A stretch of 64,000 bases of DNA from positions 1,440,001 to 1,504,000 of the forward strand of contig NZ_JAQNDL010000002.1 of NCBI RefSeq assembly GCF_028368995.1, read 5' to 3'. The DNA is from Nannocystis bainbridge. GTDB taxonomy: Bacteria; Myxococcota_A; Polyangia; Nannocystales; Nannocystaceae. A program made the translations under genes and the position numbers. Shown here in pieces: positions 39,393 through 49,708 of the stretch; the first letter of the stretch is position 1; each line of letters begins with the position of its first letter. The notes under the pieces were generated by a model that made no database searches, was not told the DNA's origin, and worked only from the letters and a program-made list of their open reading frames with translations.

Positions 39393-42300
39393 CGGGCGAG
39401 GCGCGGCCGCGCGGCATGGTCGCGGGCGCGGTCGGGCGGCCGGTCACGACCACCATGGTGCTGGTCGCTCTGGTCGTGTTCGGGCTGGTCGCGCTGACGC
39501 GGCTGCCGCTGGCGCTGCTGCCCGACCTCAGCTACCCGAGCGTCACCGTCCGCACCGAGATGCCGGACGCGGCCCCGCAGGAGGTCGAGGAGCTGCTGAC
39601 GCGGCCGGTCGAGGAGCTGGTCAGCGCGGTCCCGGGGGTGGTGCAGGTCGAGTCGGTCTCGCGCGAGGGCATCAGCGAGGTCGTGCTCGATTTCGGCTGG
39701 GGCACCGACATGGACCGCGGGCTCGACGACGTGCGCGAGAAGCTCGACCGCGTGGCCCTGCCGACCGGCGTGCAGCGGCCGGTGGTGCTGCGCTACGACC
39801 CGTCGCAGGAGCCGATCCTGCGCCTGGCTCTGGTCTCGCGCGACAACATGCGCCCGGCCGAGCTGTGGGAGCTGGCCGATCGCCGGGTCAAGCGCGCGCT
39901 CGAGAAGATCCCCGGCGTCGCGGCGGTGCAGATCCACGGCGGCGACAAGGAGGAGGTCCGGGTCGAGCTCGACCCGCAGCGGCTGTCGGCCCTGCGCGTG
40001 ACCGCCGACGAGGTCGCCCAGGCGATCCGCCGCGACAACGTCAACCGCCCCGGCGGCGCGCTGTCGGAGCAGAAGAGCCGCTACCTGCTGCGCACCGTCC
40101 ACGAGGCGCGCGAGCCGGCCGAGCTGGCCGAGGTCGTGGTCCGCAGCCAGAGCGGCGCCGAGCTGCGCCTGCGCGACGTCGCCGTGGTCGCGCGGGTGCC
40201 GGTCGAGCGCGAGGAGCTGGCCCTGGTCGCCGGCCGCGAGGCGGTCGAGCTGGCGGTCTACCGCGAGGGCGACGCCAACACGGTGGCGGTGTCGCGGGCG
40301 GTCCAGACGGCGCTGCCCGAGCTGCCCCTCGGGACAGGTCAGAGCGTGGTCGTGCTCAGCGACCAGGCCGCCTTCATCGAGTCGGCGATCGCCGAGGTCC
40401 AGAGCAACACCCTGCTCGGCGGGGCGCTGGCGGTGCTGGTCCTGCTGTTCTTCCTCCGCGACCTGCGGGCCACCCTGGTCATCGCCGCGGCCATCCCGAT
40501 CTCGCTGCTGGTCACCTTCGTGCCGCTGCAGATGCTCGGCGTCAGCCTCAACCTCATGAGCCTCGGCGGCCTGGCGCTCGGCGTCGGCATGCTGGTCGAC
40601 AACAGCATCGTCGTGCTCGAGTCGATCGCCCGCGTGCGGGAGCGCGACCCGCACGGCGGCGCCGCGGCCACGGCGGTGCGCGGGGCCACCGAGGTCGCCG
40701 CGTCGGTCGTGGCGTCGACGCTGACCACGGTGGCGGTGTTCCTGCCGATGGCGTTCGTCGAGGGCGTGGCCGGGCGGCTGATCCGCGACCTCGCGTACAC
40801 GGTGTCGCTCAGCATCCTGTCGTCGATGTTCGTCAGCCTGACCCTGGTGCCGGTGCTGCAGAGCCTCGGCGGCGGGGCCGGCGAGGGCGAGGGCGAGCCG
40901 GCGCCGCGCTCGCTGATCGCCTGGCTGCTGGCCCCGCTCGCCCTGGCGTTTCGCGGCCTGCGCGTTGCGACATGGTCGATGGGGAAGGTGCTCCGCGTGC
41001 TCACGGCCCCGTTCACGGCCGCCTACGCCGCGGTCGAGGATGCCTATCCGCGGCTCCTGCGGGCCGCGCTGCGCTGGCGGTTCACGGTGGTGGCGCTGGC
41101 GGTGGCGCTGTGCGTGCTGGCGTTCCAGCAGCTGCAGGGCCTCGGCAGCACGCTGCTGCCGGAGATCCAGCAGGGCGAGTTCTTCGTCCAGATCTCGCTG
41201 CCGCAGGGCAGCTCGCTCGACCGCACGGCCCACGTCGCCCGCCGGGTCGCCGCCGCGGTCGAGCAGGACGAGGCGGTCGCCCAGGTGTTCGCGCGCGTCG
41301 GCAGCATGACCGCCGGCGACAGCGCCACCGGCACGGTCGCCGGCACCCACCTGGCCCAGGTCAACGTCCGCCTGCAGCCGGGCCTGCTGGCGCCGGAGGA
41401 GGCCGCGCTCGAGGAGGCGCTGATGCTGGCGATGGCCGGCGCGGCCGCCGATCCGGAGGCGACGCTGCGGCTCGGCCGACCGGCGCTGTTCTCGTTCGAC
41501 GCCCCGATCGAGGTCCGCATCTTCAGCGAGGAGCCCGAGCGCGCGATCGGCCACGCGCTGGCGCTGCTGCCCGACCTGCGCGCGATCGAGGGCCTCGCCG
41601 ACGTCGCCCCGGACGACCTCGCCGGCCGCCCCGAGGTCCGCGTCGACTTCGATCGCGAGCGCCTCAGCCGCCTCAACCTCGGCGTCGACGCGGCCGCGCT
41701 CGCGGTCCAGCGCGCGGTCCAGGGCGAAATCGCGACCAAGATGCACGCGGCCGACCGGCAGCTCGACGTCCGCGTTCAGCTGCCGCAGGTCGACCGCACC
41801 CGCGCGGCCGATGTCGGCAAGATCGCCGTGGCCGTGATCGGCGACATCCCGGTCACCGTGGCCGCCGTGGCCGACCTGGTCGAAGGGACAGGCCCCGCCG
41901 AGATCCGCCACCTCGACGGCCGCCGCGGCCTGCGGATCCGCGCCCGCCTCACCGGTGAGGACCTCGGCACCGTTGCAGCCCGCGTCGAGGACGTGCTCGC
42001 CGCCCACGACCCTGGCGACGGCCGCGTCCAGGCCGAGCTCGGCGGTCAGGCCGAGTCCCTCGGCGGGTCGATGAAAAGCATGATGTTCGCGGCACTTATC
42101 GCCGTGTTCCTCATCTACGTGGTGATGGCGTCGAGCTTCGAGAGCCTGCATCACCCGCTGCTGATCATGTTCACCGTCCCGCTGGCGGTGGTCGGGGTCG
42201 CGTGGGGCTGTGTGCTGACCGGCACCCCGATCTCGGCGATGGTCGGCATGGGGGCGATCATCCTCGGCGGCATCGTCGTGAACAACGCGATCGTGCTGGT

Positions 42301-42595
42301 CAACACCGTCAACTACCGTCGCGGCCAGGGCATGGCGGTCGGCCCGGCGCTGGTCGAGGCCGGCCGGTTGCGGCTGCGGCCGATCATCATGACCACGGCG
42401 ACGACCGTGCTCGGCCTGTTGCCGATGGCGTACGGGGTCGGCGACGGCGCGGCCCTGCGCCAGCCGCTCGCGGTCACCGTCATCGGCGGCCTGACCGCGG
42501 CGACCCTGCTGACCCTGGTCGTGATCCCGTGCCTCTACAGCCTGCTGCCCGGCAAGCGCCAGGACGCCTGGGCCGACATGGCGGGGGAGGACTGA
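39389..42595 (+). CDS. RND efflux permease (AcrB-like)
   Basis: RPVTT, LLPDLSYP, GMLVDNSIVVLE, ASTLTT, VNNAIV, RLRPIIMT. Confidence 0.93.
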   Translation: MTGEARPRGMVAGAVGRPVTTTMVLVALVVFGLVALTRLPLALLPDLSYPSVTVRTEMPDAAPQEVEELLTRPVEELVSAVPGVVQVESVSREGISEVVLDFGWGTDMDRGLDDVREKLDRVALPTGVQRPVVLRYDPSQEPILRLALVSRDNMRPAELWELADRRVKRALEKIPGVAAVQIHGGDKEEVRVELDPQRLSALRVTADEVAQAIRRDNVNRPGGALSEQKSRYLLRTVHEAREPAELAEVVVRSQSGAELRLRDVAVVARVPVEREELALVAGREAVELAVYREGDANTVAVSRAVQTALPELPLGTGQSVVVLSDQAAFIESAIAEVQSNTLLGGALAVLVLLFFLRDLRATLVIAAAIPISLLVTFVPLQMLGVSLNLMSLGGLALGVGMLVDNSIVVLESIARVRERDPHGGAAATAVRGATEVAASVVASTLTTVAVFLPMAFVEGVAGRLIRDLAYTVSLSILSSMFVSLTLVPVLQSLGGGAGEGEGEPAPRSLIAWLLAPLALAFRGLRVATWSMGKVLRVLTAPFTAAYAAVEDAYPRLLRAALRWRFTVVALAVALCVLAFQQLQGLGSTLLPEIQQGEFFVQISLPQGSSLDRTAHVARRVAAAVEQDEAVAQVFARVGSMTAGDSATGTVAGTHLAQVNVRLQPGLLAPEEAALEEALMLAMAGAAADPEATLRLGRPALFSFDAPIEVRIFSEEPERAIGHALALLPDLRAIEGLADVAPDDLAGRPEVRVDFDRERLSRLNLGVDAAALAVQRAVQGEIATKMHAADRQLDVRVQLPQVDRTRAADVGKIAVAVIGDIPVTVAAVADLVEGTGPAEIRHLDGRRGLRIRARLTGEDLGTVAARVEDVLAAHDPGDGRVQAELGGQAESLGGSMKSMMFAALIAVFLIYVVMASSFESLHHPLLIMFTVPLAVVGVAWGCVLTGTPISAMVGMGAIILGGIVVNNAIVLVNTVNYRRGQGMAVGPALVEAGRLRLRPIIMTTATTVLGLLPMAYGVGDGAALRQPLAVTVIGGLTAATLLTLVVIPCLYSLLPGKRQDAWADMAGED

Positions 42596-42596
42596 C

Positions 42597-45500
42597 GTGA
42601 GCGACCATCGACCTGGCGAAGGGGACATGTCCCCGAACGCAGGTCCGATCGGACCTGGCCCCGAGGACATGTCCTCGAAGGCAGGCCCGCAGGTCAGCGG
42701 TCGAGCCAGCCTCAGCGACCTCGCGCTCGACCGCCCGGTGATGATCGGGATGCTGCTGCTGGCGATCCTGGTCCTCGGCGCGATCGCCACCGCCCGCCTG
42801 CCGCTGGCGTTCCTGCCGGCCGGCGGGACCGCGCGCGTGTCGCTGCGCATCAACCTCCAGCGCACCAGCCCGGAGCTGGTCGAGCGCGAGATCATCCGCC
42901 CGGTCGAGGAGGCGATGGCCGGGCTGCGCGGGCTGCAGCGGATCCAGGTCGGCAGCGGCGGCTGGGGCGTGCGCGTCAACCTCGAGTTCGTCGCCGGCAC
43001 CGACATCGCGGCGCGCAAGGCCGAGATCCGCGAGCGCTTCGACCGCATCCGCGGGACCCTGCCGGACGCGATCACGCGGGTCACGCTCGACTCGTGGGGC
43101 CGCTCCGACGACGCGGTGGTCAAGCTGCGCCTCGCCAGCGACAGCGACCTGACGCGCTCGTACGACCTGATCGAGCGCTACGTGGTGCGGCCGATCGAGC
43201 GCATCCCGGGGGTCTCGCGGGTCGAGCTCGAGGGCGTCGAGCCGCGCGAGCTCGAGGTGGCGCTCGACCTCGAGGCCCTGCGCCGCGCCGGTGTGTCGGC
43301 CCAGGCCGTCAGCACCGCCGTGCGCGAGGCCAGGCAGGGCCGCAGCCTCGGCGTCCTGCGCGAGGACGCGACCCAGCCCGGCGTGCGCGCGCCGCCGATC
43401 GACGCCGACCCGCAAGCGTTCGCGGCCCTGCCGGTGGCCCGCAGCCGCGGGGCCGCGGCGTCGACGACCTCCGCGGCCACCACGGCGCCGCGCACGACCG
43501 CGACGCCTGCCTCTTCGGGCATGTCCTCGGGGACAGCTTCCGCCGGGACCACGCCAGCGGTCTCGGCCACCGCGCCCCTGACGGCCCAGGGCCCGCAAGG
43601 CGTCGGCGCGCGCAGCAACACCGCCAGCGTCGGCCCGGGCGTCTACACCAGCACGCCGATCGGGTCCGGGGTCGCGCCGGCCACGGCGGCGGCGGCCGGG
43701 CAGACCAGCGCGGCCGTGCCGGCGCGGGTCGGCGAGGTCGCGCGGGTCGAGGTCCACCCGCGAGAGAACCGCAACTTCCGCAGCCTCGACGGCCGCCTCG
43801 GCGTCGACCTCTCGGTCTACGCCGACGCCGGGGCCAGCCCGGTCGACGTCGCCCAAGCCGTCAACGGGGTGGTCGAGGAGCTGCAAGCCAGCCCGCGGCT
43901 CGGCGGCATCTCGGCGGTCGTCTACCACGACCAGGGCAAGATCATCCTCAAGACGCTGGCCGACCTGCGCGACACCGGCATCTACGGCGGCGTGCTCGGG
44001 GTGGCCATGCTGTGGCTGTTCCTGCGCCGCTGGGGCGTGACGATGGTGGCCGCGCTGTGCATCCCGCTGACGATCCTGGCGACCTGCGGGGTCCTGCTGA
44101 TCCGCGGCGAGGAGCTCAACTGCATCGTCCTGCTCGGCCTCGTGCTCGGCGTCGGCATGCTGGTCGACAACGCGGTCGTCATCACCGAGGCGATCGAGCT
44201 CCAGGCCCAGCGCGGGCTGCCGGCGCGCCTGGCGGTGCGGGCCGGCGGGCGCGAGGTCGGCCTGGCGACCGTGGCGTCGACGCTGTCGAGCGTGATCGTG
44301 TTCCTGCCGCTGGTGTTCGGCGACCCGGCCAACCCGATGAGCGCGCTGCTGGCCCCGCTCGGCCTGACCTTCGCCACGGTCCTTTTGTGCAGCCTGTTCG
44401 TCAGCCAGACGCTGGTGCCGCTGATCATGCCGACGGTGCTGCGGCGCGGCGGGGTGGCCGAAGGGACAGGTCGCGGCGGACGCCTGCTCGGCCCGCTGAT
44501 CGCCGGCTACGGGCGCCTGATCGCGTTCACGCTGCGGTTCCGCCGGACCGCGCTGGTGCTCGGCCTCGGCCTCGCGGCCAGCGCCGTCATCCCGGTCCGG
44601 CTGCTGGGCTACAACCTCACCGACATCGACCCGAAGCCCGACTGGGTCGAGGTCAGCATGCAGTTCGTCGGCAGCCCCGGCTACAAGGAGATCGGCGAGC
44701 GCGTGCGCGTGGTCGAGGAGGCGATCCTGGCCAAGAAGGACGCGCTCCAGGTCACCCACGTGTCGTGCGCCTACTCCGACTTCTGGGGCCGCTGCGACGT
44801 CCACCCGATCGCCCGCGCCGCCTCCGAGGCCGACGTCGAGGCGTTCACCACCACCGTCAAGCAGGCGCTGCCCGAGCAGCCGGGCGTGCGCTACCTGGTC
44901 GGCGAGAACAACCGCGGGCACATGCGCGGCAACTCCGATCGCCACGAGGTCGAGCTGGCGATCAAGGGCGAGGACATGGGCGTGCTCATGGACCTGTCCG
45001 AAAGGGCAGCTTCGCACCTGCGCGCGACGCTGCCGCGCGGCAGCGCCGACAACCCCGAGTCGGGCGGCGTCGACACCGTGATCGGCCCCTACGACGAGGG
45101 CTCGCGCGAGCTCCACGTCCGCCTCGACGGCGCCCTGCTGCGCCGCTACGGCCTGCGCGCCGACGACGTCGCGCGCCTGATCCAGACCGCGTTCCAGGGC
45201 ACGCCGCTCGGCCAGGTGCGCAGCCCCGAGGGGCAGATCGAGCTGCGCCTGTCGGCCGGCAACGCCAGCGGCAGGGCAGGGGACGGGCCGACGCTCGAGC
45301 AGCTGCGCGACCTGCCGATCCCGCTGGCCGACGGCGGCGAGGTCACCGTCGGCAGCATCGCCTCGCTCGAGCCGACGCGCAGCCCGTTCTACATCCAGCG
45401 GCTCGACCGCGAGACCCAGGTCAAGGTCAAGGCCCGCTTCTTCACCCCCGACCCGGAGAAGAACCGCGCCGCCGTCAACAAGGCGATGGAGAGCTTCGTG

Positions 45501-46088
45501 TTCCCGACCGGCTACAGCAGCGGCGAGTGGTCGCGCTGGGGCCGGACGCAGCGGTCGAGCATGGAGGTCCTGATCGACCTCGGCCTGTGCCTGCTGCTCG
45601 TCTACGCGGTGATGGCCTCGCTGTTCGAGAGCTTCCTGCAGCCGTTCGCCATCCTCGCGACGTGCCTGCTCGGCTGCGTCGGCGCCCCGTGGCTGATGTG
45701 GTGGACCGGCACCACCGTCGACACCACGGCGATGATCGGCCTCTTTATCCTCATCGGCATCGCCGTCAACAACGGCATCATGCTGATCGACCGCGCCATC
45801 CAGCTGCGCGCCGTCGGCATGACCCGCGACCAGGCGCTCGCGGCCGCCGGCTCCGACCGCCTGCGCCCGATCTTGATGACCGCGGGTACGACGGTGCTCG
45901 GCCTGGTGCCGATGCTGATCCACCACCCCACACTCGCAGGCGTCTACTACCACGCCATCGCGCTGATCCTCGTCGGCGGACTGGCGTCGAGTACGGTCAT
46001 GACGCTGGTCTTCCTGCCGGCCACGTACAGCTTGCTCGACGACCTGGCCCGCTCGGCCCGCTCGGTGTGGCGGCGCGTGGCCAGATGA
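42597..46088 (+). CDS. Second RND efflux permease
   Basis: DRPV, GMLVDNAVV, ASTLS, FESFLQP, VNNGI, RLRPILMT. Confidence 0.9.
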   Translation: MSDHRPGEGDMSPNAGPIGPGPEDMSSKAGPQVSGRASLSDLALDRPVMIGMLLLAILVLGAIATARLPLAFLPAGGTARVSLRINLQRTSPELVEREIIRPVEEAMAGLRGLQRIQVGSGGWGVRVNLEFVAGTDIAARKAEIRERFDRIRGTLPDAITRVTLDSWGRSDDAVVKLRLASDSDLTRSYDLIERYVVRPIERIPGVSRVELEGVEPRELEVALDLEALRRAGVSAQAVSTAVREARQGRSLGVLREDATQPGVRAPPIDADPQAFAALPVARSRGAAASTTSAATTAPRTTATPASSGMSSGTASAGTTPAVSATAPLTAQGPQGVGARSNTASVGPGVYTSTPIGSGVAPATAAAAGQTSAAVPARVGEVARVEVHPRENRNFRSLDGRLGVDLSVYADAGASPVDVAQAVNGVVEELQASPRLGGISAVVYHDQGKIILKTLADLRDTGIYGGVLGVAMLWLFLRRWGVTMVAALCIPLTILATCGVLLIRGEELNCIVLLGLVLGVGMLVDNAVVITEAIELQAQRGLPARLAVRAGGREVGLATVASTLSSVIVFLPLVFGDPANPMSALLAPLGLTFATVLLCSLFVSQTLVPLIMPTVLRRGGVAEGTGRGGRLLGPLIAGYGRLIAFTLRFRRTALVLGLGLAASAVIPVRLLGYNLTDIDPKPDWVEVSMQFVGSPGYKEIGERVRVVEEAILAKKDALQVTHVSCAYSDFWGRCDVHPIARAASEADVEAFTTTVKQALPEQPGVRYLVGENNRGHMRGNSDRHEVELAIKGEDMGVLMDLSERAASHLRATLPRGSADNPESGGVDTVIGPYDEGSRELHVRLDGALLRRYGLRADDVARLIQTAFQGTPLGQVRSPEGQIELRLSAGNASGRAGDGPTLEQLRDLPIPLADGGEVTVGSIASLEPTRSPFYIQRLDRETQVKVKARFFTPDPEKNRAAVNKAMESFVFPTGYSSGEWSRWGRTQRSSMEVLIDLGLCLLLVYAVMASLFESFLQPFAILATCLLGCVGAPWLMWWTGTTVDTTAMIGLFILIGIAVNNGIMLIDRAIQLRAVGMTRDQALAAAGSDRLRPILMTAGTTVLGLVPMLIHHPTLAGVYYHAIALILVGGLASSTVMTLVFLPATYSLLDDLARSARSVWRRVAR
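42609..42688. repeat. 14-bp-period array at the N-terminus of RND permease 2
   Basis: CCTG 42612, CATG 42626, CAGG 42640, CCTG 42654, CATG 42668, CAGG 42682. Confidence 0.85.
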
Positions 46089-46171
46089 GCGAACGCGAGA
46101 CCGCGCCCTGCGTGTGACCGCCAACGTCCGCCGGCGCGCGAAAAGCCACCCCTGACCGCGGCTCCCGCGGG

Positions 46172-47038
46172 ATGATGGCCAGGTCCATGTCCGCCTCCAG
46201 CCCCGAACCCTCGCCCGAGCTGGCCACGCTCCTCGCCGAGAACGCCGCGCTGCGCGAGCGCAACGAGCTGCTCACGGCCGTCATCCGCCACTGCCCAGCG
46301 GTGATCTTCGTCAAGGACACCGAGGGTCGGCTGTTGGTGTGCAACCAGACCTACGAGCTGCTGACCGGGGCCGGGCCCGGGGGCCTGATCGGCAAGACCG
46401 ACGCCGACATCTTCGGCCCCGAGGCCGGGGCGCAGAACCGCAGCAACGACCTCCGGGTGTGCGAGAGCGGCGTGCCGCAGGAGGTCGAGGAGCTCATCCC
46501 GCAGAGCGACGGGGTCCACGTCTATCTCTCGGTCAAGTTCCCGATCTACGACGCCCGCGGCCAGCTGTGCGGCCTCGGCGGGATCGCCACCGACATCAGC
46601 GAGCGGCGCCGGGCCGAGGAGGAGCGCAACGCGCTTCAGCAGGAGGTCATCGCCGTCCAGCGCTCGGTGCTCGCCGAGCTGTCGACCCCGATCGTGCCGA
46701 TCGCCGACAACGTGATCGCGCTGCCCTTGATCGGCACCATCGACCGCGACCGCGGCCGCGCCATCATGGAGGCGCTGCTCGAGGGCGTGGCCGAGTACCG
46801 GGCCCGCGCGGCCATCCTCGACGTCACCGGCGTGCGCTCGATCGACGCCCAGATCGCCGCCGGTCTGCTGCAGGCGGTCCACGCGGCCCGCCTGCTCGGG
46901 ACCCGCGTGATCGTCACCGGCATCCGCCCGGAGGTCGCGCAGGCGATGGTCGGCCTCGACGCCGACTGGCGCAGCGTCGAGATCTTCGCCACCATGCGCG
47001 AGGCCGTCGCCTGGGCCCTCGGCCGCGCACGGCGCTGA
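46172..47038 (+). CDS. PAS plus STAS (RsbR-like) protein
   Basis: IFVKDTEGR...KFPIYD...GIATDISE (PAS); ELSTPIVP, LPLIGTID, LDVTGV, TGIRPEVAQ (STAS). Confidence 0.9.
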   Translation: MMARSMSASSPEPSPELATLLAENAALRERNELLTAVIRHCPAVIFVKDTEGRLLVCNQTYELLTGAGPGGLIGKTDADIFGPEAGAQNRSNDLRVCESGVPQEVEELIPQSDGVHVYLSVKFPIYDARGQLCGLGGIATDISERRRAEEERNALQQEVIAVQRSVLAELSTPIVPIADNVIALPLIGTIDRDRGRAIMEALLEGVAEYRARAAILDVTGVRSIDAQIAAGLLQAVHAARLLGTRVIVTGIRPEVAQAMVGLDADWRSVEIFATMREAVAWALGRARR

Positions 47039-47044
47039 CGACGA

Positions 47045-47208
47045 TGGCATGTCCCGAAGGCCATGCTCTTCGGGACATGTACTGCAGGACATGAGCATTG
47101 CGCCATGCCCTGAAGCACATGCGTTCGAGGCCATGCTCCCGAGAACATGTGCATCGAGACATGTCCATGAGGACATGGCCTGATGGCCATGCCCTGAGGG
47201 ACATGCCA
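47045..47208. repeat. 14-bp-period array with 12 junctions (intergenic, between convergent genes)
   Basis: CATG at 47048, 47062, 47076, 47090, 47104, 47118, 47132, 47146, 47160, 47174, 47188, 47202. Confidence 0.95.
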
Positions 47209-47214
47209 CGCACC

Positions 47215-49125
47215 TCAGTCGCGCGCGCGCGAGCGGGTGAACAGCCCGCCGAGGCCGAGCAGCAGCGACAGCCCGCCCACCGCCAGACCTGTCCCATAGG
47301 CCAGGCGCGAGCGGAGCTCGGCCGCGGCCGTCTCCGGGCGCTCGACGCTGGCGGTCAGGCGCGCCTGCAGCTGCGGGTCTTCGGGCGCCAGCTCGGCCGC
47401 GGTCGCCAGCAGCATGCGCCGGCCGTCCTCGGTGGCGGCCAGGTCGGCCTCGGCCAGCAGCGCCTGGACCCGCAGCGCGTCGGCGCGGCCCGGATCGGCC
47501 TCGTCGAGCAGCGCCGCGCTCTTGCGCCACAGGCGAGCGCCCTGCGCCAGATCGCCGGCGGCGGCGGCCTCGCTGGCGGCCTGCTCGTAGGTCGGCACCA
47601 GCTCGGCGCGGGCGCTGAGCTGCGGATCGTCGGCGAGCAGGCGATCGAGGATCGCGATCGCGGCCGCGCGATCGGGCTCGCCGAGCGCCGCCGCGATCTC
47701 GGCCCGCTCGCGCTCGCGGCGGCCGTCGTCGAGCCGCTCGAAATACGCCCGCGCCAGCCGCTCCGGCTGGGCCTCGCACACCCCGGCGAACACGCTGTCC
47801 TTCGGCGCCGAGCGGCAGTCGGGTTCGGCCAGCTCGGGCTGATGGCTGGCGATCCGACTCATGATCGCGATCCGGGCCAGGTCGCGGTACGTCAGCTGCG
47901 CCGCCGACTCGCCGGTGCCGCCGCCGACGAAGCGCAGCAGCTTGCGCTCGGCCCGCGGCGCCGGCCCGGTCACGAACGCCAGGAACGCCTCGCGCGCGGC
48001 CTCACGCACCCGCGGGATCGCGGCGTCGACGAAATCGAGCAGCGGCCCGGCCGCGTCGCCCGGGCGGACCACGGCGTAGGCCGCGATCAGATCGGCGAGC
48101 CGCGCCGGATCGTCGCCGACCGCCTGCAGCGCCTTGCGCGGGTGGGCCCGGTCCATGCGGTCGACCTGGTAGCCGGCGTACTCCGCCGTGCGATAGGCGA
48201 CCGAGTCCTTCACCACCTGCGCCTCGCCCTCGTCGGCGGGCAGGGGCGGGCGGACCGAGCGCCGCAGCAGCCCGGGCAGCGCCGGATCGCCGAGGCGGCG
48301 GATCGCTCGCCCGACCTCGTCGCGGAACGTGCTCTCGTGCAGGTACGCGGCCGCCAGCAGCGCCTCGACGACCTCGTCGGTGTGCGCCGGCACGGCCCCG
48401 ATCGAGGCCGCCGCGCGCAGCAGCGCCGCCTGGATCACGCAGTCGCGGTAGATCGGCCGCAGCACCTTCGACACCTGGCGCGACGGCAGGGCCAGCAGGT
48501 CGGTGAACCAGTCCTCCGACAGCTTGATCCCTTGGTGGCCGTGGGCCTTCTTCCACGCCAGCTCGAAGTGCCCGTAGCGGTTCGGCACGTCGCCGCCGAT
48601 CACAGCCAGCAGCGCTTTGTAGTCGGCCTTGCGGGCGCTGCGCGGCGCCAGCAGCTCGGCCCGGACCGCCGGCCACAGCTCCGGGGGCGCCGCCGCCAGC
48701 GCTCGCGCCAGCGGCCCGAGGTCGCGGTGCGGCCCGTCGCGCATCGCCGCGATCAGCCCCGCGAGCTCGTCCGCGGCCGTCGGCGGCGCGACCGGCTGGC
48801 CTTCGATACCTGGCGCATCGACCCTGTCGGAAGGTTCCTGTTCTTCGGGACCTGTCCCTTCGGACTCGCGCGGCGGCCCGGTCTTGGCCTTGGCCTTGCG
48901 CTTCGCCGGGCGGGCGGGCTCGGCGTCGTCGGCGGGCAGCTCCGCGACCGCGGCGTCGAGCTCGCGGTCGCCCAGGGCCGCGGCCTGGGCGAACCAGAGC
49001 TCGTAGCGGTCGGCCCAGGCCTGGGCCTGCAGCGTGTCGGCCGACGAGCGGGTCAGGACCACGACCTGCGGCTCACCGGCGCAGGCGGCGACCAGGGTCG
49101 AAAGGAGCAGGGCGCGCCGTGGCAT
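47215..49125 (-). CDS. Helical-repeat (HEAT/TPR-like) lipoprotein with C-terminal TM helix
   Basis: Lipobox VAAC; Ala/Leu-rich helices; hydrophobic C-terminus. Confidence 0.65.
   Translation of the reverse strand: MPRRALLLSTLVAACAGEPQVVVLTRSSADTLQAQAWADRYELWFAQAAALGDRELDAAVAELPADDAEPARPAKRKAKAKTGPPRESEGTGPEEQEPSDRVDAPGIEGQPVAPPTAADELAGLIAAMRDGPHRDLGPLARALAAAPPELWPAVRAELLAPRSARKADYKALLAVIGGDVPNRYGHFELAWKKAHGHQGIKLSEDWFTDLLALPSRQVSKVLRPIYRDCVIQAALLRAAASIGAVPAHTDEVVEALLAAAYLHESTFRDEVGRAIRRLGDPALPGLLRRSVRPPLPADEGEAQVVKDSVAYRTAEYAGYQVDRMDRAHPRKALQAVGDDPARLADLIAAYAVVRPGDAAGPLLDFVDAAIPRVREAAREAFLAFVTGPAPRAERKLLRFVGGGTGESAAQLTYRDLARIAIMSRIASHQPELAEPDCRSAPKDSVFAGVCEAQPERLARAYFERLDDGRRERERAEIAAALGEPDRAAAIAILDRLLADDPQLSARAELVPTYEQAASEAAAAGDLAQGARLWRKSAALLDEADPGRADALRVQALLAEADLAATEDGRRMLLATAAELAPEDPQLQARLTASVERPETAAAELRSRLAYGTGLAVGGLSLLLGLGGLFTRSRARD
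48792..48866. repeat. 14-bp-period array inside a CDS linker
   Basis: GCTG 48795, CCTG 48809, 48823, 48837, 48851. Confidence 0.75.
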
Positions 49126-49182
49126 GCGGCCTGGGTACCAAGGGCAGGGGAGATCCCCAAATTAGTCACGCCTGCCCGCGGC

Positions 49183-49530
49183 TCAGTGGAGCCGGTCTTC
49201 GGGGACAGGTGCGCCGATCTCGGGCACGAAGCGGAGGAAGCGCAGACCGGCGCCGCTGAGGGCGCGCAGGCCGTCGCTGCCGGCGTACTGGAGATAGTAG
49301 TGGTTCTGAATGCGCGCGATCGCACAGATCGCGGCTTCGTCGCCCGGCATTTGGAAGCGGATGATCACCTTCGTCCGCAGCGGCAGCGGCTCGGGCATCT
49401 CGATGAACATGCCGGACTCCGAGATGTTGCGGGCGACGCACCACTGCTCCCCCACCTCCTCCGAGAAGACCAGCACGGGGAAAACTTTGTCGATCCGCGA
49501 AGAGCCACGGCGATCCTGGGCGACACGCAT
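49183..49530 (-). CDS. Stand-alone PilZ domain protein
   Basis: RRGSSR (RxxxR), NISESG (D/NxSxxG), GAGLRF. Confidence 0.85.
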   Translation of the reverse strand: MRVAQDRRGSSRIDKVFPVLVFSEEVGEQWCVARNISESGMFIEMPEPLPLRTKVIIRFQMPGDEAAICAIARIQNHYYLQYAGSDGLRALSGAGLRFLRFVPEIGAPVPEDRLH

Positions 49531-49708
49531 GATCAGAGCATCGCCGGGTCGGTGCATGAACACAAATATCCTACATGTGCGCCAGGGTGAGTCAATAAAT
49601 ACGGTGCTGGAGTGTGCTTTCTGCGCGCGTGCGCGAGGTCTGGCTGGCGGACGCCCCGCGCGCTTGATTCGGCCTGCGCCATCCCCCATAAAGCCCGGAC
49701 TTTTGGCC

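Noticed and set aside
47045-47208. 14-bp arrays as mini-CRISPR or as protein-coding ORFs (e.g. 61684-62262, 46914-47297)
   Set aside because: A 4-bp constant with 10-bp variable inserts is too short for CRISPR; the ORFs arise from the many ATG/CAT triplets and have no coding-like composition.
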